From sequence record OU343168.1: a stretch of DNA of 64,000 bases, one strand, 5' to 3'. A model generated the notes under the pieces. It was given only the letters and a program-made list of their open reading frames with translations. It did no database searches and was not told the DNA's origin. The position numbers and the translations under genes are program-made. Positions 56,645 to 64,000 of the stretch are shown piece after piece; the first letter of the stretch is position 1; each line of letters begins with the position of its first letter.

Positions 56645-57373
56645 ATGGACGTTACTTCTCTCGTACGAGACCGAAGTAAGATCCGTAAGGCGTACACCCT
56701 CCACGACGATCACAGTGTCACTGCAAATCGTCCTCTGGAAGTTCATATTCCCAAACGTTTTACTGAACATGGGTTAGCGTTTATTGGGGATAAGGTGACC
56801 ACTACGTTAGTGGCGGGTGTTGTCATCCCGGGGGAGTGTTACTCCCCTTGGGTGGCGTTGACGGATGTCACGATGGTCCCTATGAACGTTCGGGAGACGG
56901 GTATTGACGGCGTTCAGTACCTTATCCTGGAGTTTGAAGAAGGGGATACCCTTATTGAGAACCTTCGGTATATCCAAGACCCCAATAAGCCCTACTTCTA
57001 TTTCACTGAGTTTGACCTCTACGCGAAGATTCCTTGGTACTTATCAGACAATGATGTCACCTCCTTGTTTGATAACGCTAAGATACAATCAGGCAGTGAA
57101 GTTGGTGATACGCCGCAACACATGCGGATCTTTAATTCCGTTATGATGCGGGATCCGGATAACTTGGACAATCCGTATCGTAACAGTCAAGCCATGCTAG
57201 ACGGTCGCCCTCCGGTATGGGTAGGGTTGAATAACAGCTCAATGCTGATTGACGGCACTTACTTGAAACTCACCGGAGGTTTCCTCCAAGACAACACGGT
57301 GGCTGCTATTATCAAGCAAGACACCAAAGTAACCGATCTGGAAATGATCGTTAAAGGGGTCCCAGATGAGTAA
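56645..57373 (+). CDS. Core protein (phiKZ gp176-like by gene order; candidate small vRNAP subunit)
   Basis: 242 aa directly upstream of the protease; the vRNAP assignment is inference only. Confidence 0.45.
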   Translation: MDVTSLVRDRSKIRKAYTLHDDHSVTANRPLEVHIPKRFTEHGLAFIGDKVTTTLVAGVVIPGECYSPWVALTDVTMVPMNVRETGIDGVQYLILEFEEGDTLIENLRYIQDPNKPYFYFTEFDLYAKIPWYLSDNDVTSLFDNAKIQSGSEVGDTPQHMRIFNSVMMRDPDNLDNPYRNSQAMLDGRPPVWVGLNNSSMLIDGTYLKLTGGFLQDNTVAAIIKQDTKVTDLEMIVKGVPDE

Positions 57374-58229
57374 TACTTTAACCTTTGAGAATACCCTGCT
57401 GGCAAACAGTGGTAAACGGGGTATTCTCAAACCCATGGACAGTTCGGGGTACTACCGGATCAATGCGGGAGGGTTCAATATCCCTAACCGTTCCGGTATT
57501 ACCTACCGGGTGAATGACTACATTCGTGAGTGTGCTCGTCCAGGCAGTGATTTTGACCGTCGGGTGAACGAAGGTCAGATGTATTGTGAAATCGGCCACC
57601 CACCTCAGTATTACAAGATCTTGGTCAATGGCGAAGTGGTTCGCAAGCAGATCACGGATCTCTTCGAATGGATTAACCGCCTTCGGACCATTGACTTTGA
57701 TAATGTCTGTGGTCATATTCGTAAAGTCCATTGGATCTTTACGGGTGGACCGAACGATCCGGTTTACAATGACATTGAAGTGATTCCGTGGGCGAAGAAC
57801 CCGCATCATAAGCAACTGCTGCAAGAAAGTCTGGATAATCCGGATATCAATACGGCGTTTAGTATCCGTACGGTAACCAAGCCTCAGAACTTTGGCGATA
57901 AAACGCGCGAGGTGGACTACTGGAGCACGTATGACGCTGTCATAGAGCAGGGTATACTCCGTGCCTGTAAACACCTCACAGCGGGCTTGGAGAGCCTTCT
58001 GGACGACTATTCCGCTGAGGGTGGGGAAATGGAGTTCACCACGACCATGGAAGAGCTCTTCTTTATCTGTGATCAGAAGATGCGTTCACCTGAAGTGGCG
58101 GAACGTTATGCGGGTACGGAAAGCTTTGTTCGAGTACAGGAAATGCTGGATGATCTTCGTAGACGAACGCCTGCTCAATCCAAACCTGCGCGGTTGATTG
58201 TGTCCAGTTCGTTGGATGTGTTCCGGTAA
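57366..58229 (+). CDS. Prohead (head maturation) serine protease, phiKZ gp175-like
   Basis: CEIGHPP (His), AFSIRT (Ser) and TYDAV (Asp), in the order of the herpes/phage prohead protease fold. Confidence 0.85.
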   Translation: MSNTLTFENTLLANSGKRGILKPMDSSGYYRINAGGFNIPNRSGITYRVNDYIRECARPGSDFDRRVNEGQMYCEIGHPPQYYKILVNGEVVRKQITDLFEWINRLRTIDFDNVCGHIRKVHWIFTGGPNDPVYNDIEVIPWAKNPHHKQLLQESLDNPDINTAFSIRTVTKPQNFGDKTREVDYWSTYDAVIEQGILRACKHLTAGLESLLDDYSAEGGEMEFTTTMEELFFICDQKMRSPEVAERYAGTESFVRVQEMLDDLRRRTPAQSKPARLIVSSSLDVFR

Positions 58230-58244
58230 GCCTGAGCCAGCACG

Positions 58245-58285
58245 CCTAGCCTTGGGGTCTACCCCAAGGCTAGGTTATTAATTTT
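58245..58285 (+). terminator. Intrinsic terminator
   Basis: CCTAGCCTTGGGG/CCCCAAGGCTAGG stem plus TTATTAATTTT. Confidence 0.8.
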
Positions 58286-58347
58286 AGCTGTTTGTTTATT
58301 CTTATAGTCCGTTGCGGCTATCTATCTAAACCAGAAGGAATTTCCTT

Positions 58348-59016
58348 ATGTTGATCGAAAAGCTTAATTTCCAAACCCTGGTGCTTCATCTGCGTGAGGT
58401 GAAGGGAGGGTTTAATGTTCTCCAGGTATTGTGGGAAACCGCCCAGAAGGAATGGGAACGTTCCAAGAATGCTGATACAGACATCCATTTCATCAAAGGG
58501 GTGTTTACTTCCACTCAGAAAACCGATGCGGTCCGGATCTATGTGGCGAAGCTGGCTAAGCTGTACATGAACACCGTGGGGGTACTGCCGGGGATGTGGT
58601 CCAAACATACTCTGACCCATGAGCATGTTCTGACCAAAGCCACTGTGGACAAGATTTGTACCATGGAAGTGAACAGTTCCGAACAGTTGTTCGAATTGGT
58701 CGCCACCCGTGTATTGGGAGTTGATAAAACCCTGGTGGAGTATATCCTGACCGATGAAGACAAACCCCAGGATCGTGCCCGTATCCTGATTAACTACCTG
58801 GGGTACCGTGTGGATGAACCGGGTGTCCCGGAAGAGGACTACCCTGACCTCATCAGTAGCCTGAGTGAGTTGATCAGTAACAATGGGTTTACGGATGAGT
58901 TCTTTGAGAATCTGCTGAAGGAAGCAGAAACCTACTTCGACAGCGGATCGGTTGATTTCCAACAAACCCCGTTGGATGTGTTGGAGAACTTCCTGCACCA
59001 ACCCTCCAAGCAATAA
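58348..59016 (+). CDS. Conserved hypothetical protein
   Basis: 222-aa ORF with AAGGA SD. Confidence 0.75.
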   Translation: MLIEKLNFQTLVLHLREVKGGFNVLQVLWETAQKEWERSKNADTDIHFIKGVFTSTQKTDAVRIYVAKLAKLYMNTVGVLPGMWSKHTLTHEHVLTKATVDKICTMEVNSSEQLFELVATRVLGVDKTLVEYILTDEDKPQDRARILINYLGYRVDEPGVPEEDYPDLISSLSELISNNGFTDEFFENLLKEAETYFDSGSVDFQQTPLDVLENFLHQPSKQ

Positions 59017-59034
59017 GGGGTTCTGCCCAAAAGA

Positions 59035-59058
59035 TTTCAAGTCTATATTACTTGGGTG
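59035..59058 (+). promoter_or_regulatory. Early promoter-like motif TTTCAAGTCTATATTACTTGGGTG
   Basis: GTCTATATTACTTGGGTG is identical to 16351-16368. Confidence 0.75.
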
Positions 59059-59155
59059 AGCGACATCAGGACCTACCTGACGAGGGCAGTACACCACTTC
59101 CCTTGCTTTGTCTTGGTGTCGCCACACCACCACTTTTGGACAGTAAGAGGTTGTT

Positions 59156-59596
59156 ATGTCGATCAATAAAGAATACGGCGAATGGATGGAAAAGGGTGTT
59201 AAGGGTCTGGTAGACGCGCACGACTACAACAAGGCCACCAACCACATCACGTTCGATTCGGAGAAGGTGGAACTGCCTAAGGGTGTTACCCAAGACAGCA
59301 TTCTCCAGCATGTCAATTTCTTCAATGATATCAGCGCGCAGGTTGAAACAGCCACCTCCCAGATCGCCCGGAGTCAATTCGAAAACAACAAGGAACTGAC
59401 CACCGTCGACGGTACCCTGAACCTCGGGGGGTTGAACATCAATTCCCAGCATCACCTGAAACAGAAAGTGGGTGAAGATTATCTGTGGGGGCAAAGCACC
59501 ACCGCAGTCGATTACACGCATACCGAAGAACAAGCCGTTTGGTTGGAAACCCAACGTACGGCCAGCCAGGAACAGGCTGCTAAGCTGTTCGAGTAA
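59156..59596 (+). CDS. Early hypothetical protein
   Basis: 146-aa ORF with GAGG SD behind the promoter motif. Confidence 0.8.
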   Translation: MSINKEYGEWMEKGVKGLVDAHDYNKATNHITFDSEKVELPKGVTQDSILQHVNFFNDISAQVETATSQIARSQFENNKELTTVDGTLNLGGLNINSQHHLKQKVGEDYLWGQSTTAVDYTHTEEQAVWLETQRTASQEQAAKLFE

Positions 59597-59866
59597 ACCG
59601 GTAGGGGATTGAGCACCCCGGTGTACGACAAGCGGAACTTGGACTGTACCAACTGACCATCACCGCCTCAGGACCGGTGTGTAAGTTCTCGTTGGTTGAG
59701 TTCAGCACGATTAAGGATCCATGTACACGTAACCCGGTGCTCGAGTTCGCCCTCGACGCCAATGGCCGGTCGGTCTTACGGATGAGTTTGTCCGTAAGAC
59801 CGACCACACCGATGGACATATCCTGTGTATCTCGCGGGACTACAGTGACCCGGAGCTTAAACTTAA

Positions 59867-60106
59867 ATGAGTATCAAAGCCCTGTTGTTGGCGACCCTCA
59901 CGTTAGCCGCCAATGAACCCCGCGTTGTCACCACGACCAACGTCCTTGACAGTGCGGACGAATGTGTACCAGCGATGCGACAAATCGCTGAGCACCACAA
60001 TCTACAAAACCACATCTTCTCGCAGGGCAAGGAATACCTCAAAGCTCGTCAATCCACCGCTCAAGGTAACATTACCTTGAGCATCAGCTGTAAGGAGCTT
60101 AAGTAA
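59867..60106 (+). CDS. Small protein with signal-peptide-like N-terminus
   Basis: MSIKALLLATLTLAA, GGAG SD, two Cys, TAATG coupling to the next gene. Confidence 0.6.
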   Translation: MSIKALLLATLTLAANEPRVVTTTNVLDSADECVPAMRQIAEHHNLQNHIFSQGKEYLKARQSTAQGNITLSISCKELK

Positions 60107-60480
60107 TGCAATACACCCAAGAGAGTTTGGCTGAGACTCCAATGGAGCAGCGTATCGAAGCGATGCTGTTCGGGCTCCAAACACTGACCTTCCAACTCAA
60201 CGCGTCGTTGGTCGAGTTTTACATCGGCGAGATCAAGCTGAAGGCACAACCGGGCGCCTTGGTGGCCGACATCGTTGTTGAACGCGACGGCGAACTGCTG
60301 GTAAATTACCGCGCCCGTTCCGAAGGCACCACCATTTCGATACCGAAGTCCAGCGTTGGTGAAAAAGATCTCATCGAGTATCTCGAGAAGTTCTTGGTTA
60401 TGGTAACCTACGCCATCCACCGATCGTTTATCAAGGAACACTGCGATAACCGCACTACCCTCATCCCTCCCCAAGAGTAA
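60106..60480 (+). CDS. Hypothetical protein
   Basis: 124-aa ORF with AAGGAG SD. Confidence 0.7.
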   Translation: MQYTQESLAETPMEQRIEAMLFGLQTLTFQLNASLVEFYIGEIKLKAQPGALVADIVVERDGELLVNYRARSEGTTISIPKSSVGEKDLIEYLEKFLVMVTYAIHRSFIKEHCDNRTTLIPPQE

Positions 60481-60532
60481 TCTTACCTAGGGGTAGGCAA
60501 CTACCCCTTCCCTATTCCAAGGACTGTTCGAG

Positions 60533-60646
60533 ATGAAACGTTTATTTAAAGCCATCAACTGGGAGGACAATCAACGCGGTATCCCTATTGGTATTAAGAA
60601 CAACCTGTATTTCCGATTTCAAGACCACGAGGGGTACCTATGCTAA
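60533..60646 (+). CDS. Possible 37-aa peptide (not in the ORF track)
   Basis: AAGGA SD then ATG AAA CGT...; overlaps the next start. Confidence 0.4.
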   Translation: MKRLFKAINWEDNQRGIPIGIKNNLYFRFQDHEGYLC

Positions 60647-60945
60647 GTGATAACATCATTACGTTCGAGATGGCACTGGAGGCTGAACCTTCGGTGATTC
60701 GAACGTTTGAATATAAACCCTTGAGGGTTATGATGGGGCATCTCGAAACCTTCATTGTCATTGAACAGGGGAAGGAGGGTGTGGTGTATGCCACGATCGA
60801 AATCCCCAGCGACGGTGATATCACCGTGAATATCGAAGGGAGTCCGTTTAGCCGTAAGGACACTGAAAAAGCTCTCTCGCTGATCTTTGAACAGATCTCA
60901 GAGAAACTCAAAGCTGCAACACCCCCCGCTTCCGCTGTCAACTAA
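60640..60945 (+). CDS. Hypothetical protein
   Basis: 101-aa ORF with GAGGGG SD. Confidence 0.7.
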   Translation: MLSDNIITFEMALEAEPSVIRTFEYKPLRVMMGHLETFIVIEQGKEGVVYATIEIPSDGDITVNIEGSPFSRKDTEKALSLIFEQISEKLKAATPPASAVN

Positions 60946-60957
60946 GAGGTTTATTCC

Positions 60958-61782
60958 ATGATCGTCCCTAAACAAGTGGTTAAAGAGTCGCACGAATTCA
61001 AGAAGTACGGTGAATTCACCTACGGGGTTCATTCTCCCAGTGTTGAAGCCTTGGTGCCTGTTAACGAGGCCACGATCTTGGGCCAAGAAGCCACCCTCAA
61101 GATCCTGAACGAACTGGATAGTGCAGTCATGGGTTCTGTTCGTTCCCTGAACAACCAGTATGAACTCTTCCGTCAAGGGATTGCCTACGGTCTCCCGTAC
61201 CGGATCCGTACCGATGGGAATATCGAGTTCGCCGTGTACCAACGTACCAAGAAAGCTGGGGATCAACGCCTGAGTAGCTGCTTGTCCCTGGCCCCCGGTG
61301 GTCATATCGAGAAGGAAGACATTTCCTACTACCTGGAAGCTGATAAGTTCTACGGGGAATTCCATACGGAGGTGATCGATTGGGCTCATACCGTGGAGGC
61401 TAACCTCCGGCGTGAATTCCTGGAGGAGATCACCTTCTATTCGTTTGATCGGGGTGACATCACCGAAGAAGTTACTCAGAAGGCGTTTCCTATTGGGTTC
61501 GTGATGGATAAGGGCGAACCCGGGCACGTTGGGAATATTCACGTCGGTGTCATCTGTCTGGTTCCGGTGGTGGAACACAACGCCACGTTCGATATGTCCA
61601 ACGAAGTGAACAACGTGGGAATGGGGTGGTTTACGGTCAAAGAGTTGGTCGCCCAACATACCGGCGAAGACGCCCCCATCAAGTCGGATGACGGTGAACT
61701 CGTTCACTTCGAACCCTGGTCAGGTTTGATCATCAACCGGATTGACCAGATTGTGGATATCATCAAGGGGCAGGGTCAGTGA
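60958..61782 (+). CDS. Nudix-family hydrolase/phosphoesterase
   Basis: SLAPGGHIE...(insertion)...NLRREFLEEI Nudix box; HVGVI..V; FEPWS. Confidence 0.75.
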   Translation: MIVPKQVVKESHEFKKYGEFTYGVHSPSVEALVPVNEATILGQEATLKILNELDSAVMGSVRSLNNQYELFRQGIAYGLPYRIRTDGNIEFAVYQRTKKAGDQRLSSCLSLAPGGHIEKEDISYYLEADKFYGEFHTEVIDWAHTVEANLRREFLEEITFYSFDRGDITEEVTQKAFPIGFVMDKGEPGHVGNIHVGVICLVPVVEHNATFDMSNEVNNVGMGWFTVKELVAQHTGEDAPIKSDDGELVHFEPWSGLIINRIDQIVDIIKGQGQ

Positions 61783-62114
61783 GAGGGGATTCCTTCTGTA
61801 CCAAAGCAACCAGTAAGACGCTTTTGGACACGTTCTTCCAACTGTTGGAGGTTCTTAAAGAACAGGGGAAGGATCAAACGCCCACGGTATACCAGACCGA
61901 AGGTCGTAACGGGTTGACCGCCGTTATCAGCACGAATGGGGTTTGGTTCTACCATTTCCCATCCCGGGAAACACCGGTGGCTAAACTGACCTCTACAGGC
62001 GAATATGTCTCTTTGGGTATTATTAGCCTGTCCACGCGAGAACGTATCGCCTTCTACGAGGAAGATCTCACCGTGGTACTTAAAGAGATCATTGCTCACT
62101 ATCAACCGCAATAA
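61779..62114 (+). CDS. Hypothetical protein
   Basis: 111-aa ORF with GTGA overlap. Confidence 0.6.
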   Translation: MRGDSFCTKATSKTLLDTFFQLLEVLKEQGKDQTPTVYQTEGRNGLTAVISTNGVWFYHFPSRETPVAKLTSTGEYVSLGIISLSTRERIAFYEEDLTVVLKEIIAHYQPQ

Positions 62115-62123
62115 CCAGACGAT

Positions 62124-62168
62124 CAGTAGGTAGGGGATACCCCTACCTACTGGTTTCTTTATTTATTT
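62124..62168 (+). terminator. Intrinsic terminator
   Basis: CAGTAGGTAGGGG/CCCCTACCTACTG stem plus TTTCTTTATTTATTT. Confidence 0.85.
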
Positions 62169-62180
62169 GGAGGAAAGAGA

Positions 62181-63098
62181 ATGGCTGTTATTAATTTGGC
62201 TTGGAGTGGTGGGGTGGAATCTGTGGCGATGTATCATAAAGCCATGAAAGCCGGTCATACAGTGAATCCTTGCTTGGTGAACGCCACGGGTAGTGCATGC
62301 GTGACCTTGGTGGAATTAATAGCACTCGCTAAAGTGGAAGACTATTTCAGAGATCACATGGATGACTACCCAGGGTCCATTGGAAAGACCTTCGTGATGA
62401 TGGACACGAGTATGAGTATTCCTTCCACTTACACCATTGATAGCAATAGACAGAGTCCATTCGTTCATATGTTTAATCAATCCCTGAATGTGGTATTGGG
62501 GATGATGCAAGCGTCTCGGAGTAACATTCACCTATTCCCCACCACGTGGGTAGGGTTCATACAAGAAGACACCTCAGAACACACGTTAAACATCAATGAA
62601 TGGAGTGAAGCAGATTACCAGGTACTGTTGAATCTTCCCGCCACACTCGGTAAATTGGCGGGTACGGATATAGGGTGTCGTCCATTCATAGCCCCATTGT
62701 GGGATATTCCTAAGCGAATCCTTTACAACGATCTTCCCGGAGAGTTGAAAGAGCTAGTACTCCCCAATCTCATTTCACATTGGTATACTCTAAAAGAGAA
62801 CGATGAAGTGGTCCTTACGGTCTCTAAGGAGAAGGAAGTAGAGTGGGAAAGGGCAGGTATCCCTCTACCGACTCAACGCTTTGTCTTTCGTTTGAAAGAC
62901 GCCACCCCTGCGATGAGGTTATTGGTAGGGTTGCCCACCCCTAAAGACCTAGAGATAGAAGATGATCTTGGCGGAGCGCTACATGAGATCACCCAGGGTA
63001 TCATCAGGAGGAAACCCGGTTACTGGATGAATGACTATGAATACGTTAAGGGGGTTTATCTGGATGTGATTAATGATATCTTACGGAGTAGAGAATAG
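62181..63098 (+). CDS. PP-loop (QueC-like adenine nucleotide alpha hydrolase) protein
   Basis: N-terminal NLAWSGGVES matches the SGGxDS PP-loop; no QueC Zn-binding Cys cluster. Confidence 0.55.
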   Translation: MAVINLAWSGGVESVAMYHKAMKAGHTVNPCLVNATGSACVTLVELIALAKVEDYFRDHMDDYPGSIGKTFVMMDTSMSIPSTYTIDSNRQSPFVHMFNQSLNVVLGMMQASRSNIHLFPTTWVGFIQEDTSEHTLNINEWSEADYQVLLNLPATLGKLAGTDIGCRPFIAPLWDIPKRILYNDLPGELKELVLPNLISHWYTLKENDEVVLTVSKEKEVEWERAGIPLPTQRFVFRLKDATPAMRLLVGLPTPKDLEIEDDLGGALHEITQGIIRRKPGYWMNDYEYVKGVYLDVINDILRSRE

Positions 63099-63121
63099 CC
63101 TTTAACACTGGAGTATTCGTT

Positions 63122-63301
63122 ATGGCTAACAACGATGTTAAAATCGACCGTAAACTACTGGAATCCCTCGGTAAGGTTTACGATCATATTCCTGAAGAAC
63201 GCCGTCCGTACGACCCCAGCAGACCTGAAGGGGATGCGGGTATCCTCAAGACGTATGAGAAACCCAAGCAATTCAACTTTGAAATAAAAATCGGGAAATG
63301 A
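63122..63301 (+). CDS. Small hypothetical protein (59 aa; not in the ORF track)
   Basis: GGAG SD, ATG 63122, stop overlaps the tmk start (ATGA). Confidence 0.6.
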   Translation: MANNDVKIDRKLLESLGKVYDHIPEERRPYDPSRPEGDAGILKTYEKPKQFNFEIKIGK

Positions 63302-63951
63302 CTATGAATTTCGCTAGTCTCTACTCTGGGATGTTTTGTGTGGTGGAAGGGTTGGATGGAACGGGTAAGACCACTGTTGTTAATCGCATTGCGAACTGGT
63401 TAGTAGAACGTGGTGTGGATGTGGTTAAGACCCGAGAACCAGGTGGGACTCCGTACTGTAACCGTATCAGGGAATTGCTCCTGTCGCTGGATGAGGGTGA
63501 AGAAGGTCCTTGCCAAATGACGGAACTCCTGTTGTTCAATGCGGCTCGGGTACAACACCTTGAAACCTTGGTTAAACCCCGCTTACAAGCTGGGAAGTTT
63601 GTACTCTGTGATCGGTATGTGCATACGACCATAGCGTACCAAGGGGAAGCCCGGGGATTGGGGGTAGGGAAAATCCTGGAGTTACACCGCTTGCTGACCC
63701 AAGACTTTTGGCCTCACTTTACGTTCATTCTGGATGCACCGGTTGAGGTGGTGTTGGACCGAGTCCATCAACGGGGTGGTATGAACCGTCTGGATTCTCA
63801 AACGGTTGAATTCTATGAAAAGGCCCGTACAGCGTATCGTCGTATGGGGCAGACAGGCCGTGATTGCGCACTCATTGACGCCACTGTGAGTGAAGACGAG
63901 GTGTTCAATCAAATGACCACCTATCTGGAACGCCTGTCTAATAAATATTAG
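63298..63951 (+). CDS. tmk: Thymidylate kinase
   Basis: VEGLDGTGKTT P-loop, TREPGGT, LCDRY, AYQG motifs. Confidence 0.95.
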   Translation: MTMNFASLYSGMFCVVEGLDGTGKTTVVNRIANWLVERGVDVVKTREPGGTPYCNRIRELLLSLDEGEEGPCQMTELLLFNAARVQHLETLVKPRLQAGKFVLCDRYVHTTIAYQGEARGLGVGKILELHRLLTQDFWPHFTFILDAPVEVVLDRVHQRGGMNRLDSQTVEFYEKARTAYRRMGQTGRDCALIDATVSEDEVFNQMTTYLERLSNKY

Positions 63952-63960
63952 AACACATCA

Positions 63961-63992
63961 CTACTGCCTAGCCGTAATGGGCTAGGCAGTAG
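63961..63992 (+). terminator. Terminator hairpin
   Basis: CTACTGCCTAGCC/GGCTAGGCAGTAG stem. Confidence 0.7.
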
Positions 63993-64000
63993 GTTGTTGT

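Noticed and set aside
55031-56770. 579-aa minus-strand ORF, and similar shadows at 51425-52498, 10452-11387, 12366-13352, 14135-15067 and 19164-20120
   Set aside because: They lie opposite well-supported genes; codon bias suppresses antisense stops
59677-59916. 79-aa GTG-start ORF in the 59597-59866 gap
   Set aside because: Weak SD, 50-nt overlap with the better-supported 59867 ORF, no recognisable features; cannot be excluded entirely
62181-63098. Assignment as queC for 7-deazaguanine DNA modification
   Set aside because: Lacks the Zn-binding Cys motif, and no partner genes are in the window; kept only as PP-loop-like

Overview
This is a 64 kb segment of a Pseudomonas jumbo phage of the phiKZ/EL group (Chimalliviridae-like). 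From recalled protein sequences, not a database search, the GroEL-like chaperonin (979-2655) and the modular endolysin (54008-54886) look nearly identical to phage EL gp146 and EL188, so this is EL or a very close relative. Contents: chaperonin; an inverted tail-fibre/receptor-binding module (Kelch propellers, collagen-like fibre, SGNH esterase); early accessory genes behind a repeated CTA(C/T)AT(T/A/C)A(C/T) promoter-like motif, including an AmrZ/Arc-like regulator; a pair of head-protein paralogues; an SF2 helicase with an Ala1 class-3-type intein; UvsX/RecA; a 2543-aa tail-tip protein with GH19 and M15-like domains; virion RNA polymerase subunits; head protease; and Nudix, QueC-like and Tmk genes. 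Two group I introns are missed by the ORF track. One is 47320-49091, carries an HNH gene in its P1 loop, and splits the catalytic DxDGD motif of the beta' subunit. The other is an ORF-less 415-nt intron (52472-52886) that joins two beta fragments into one 1439-aa protein. No tRNA, rRNA or CRISPR array was seen.
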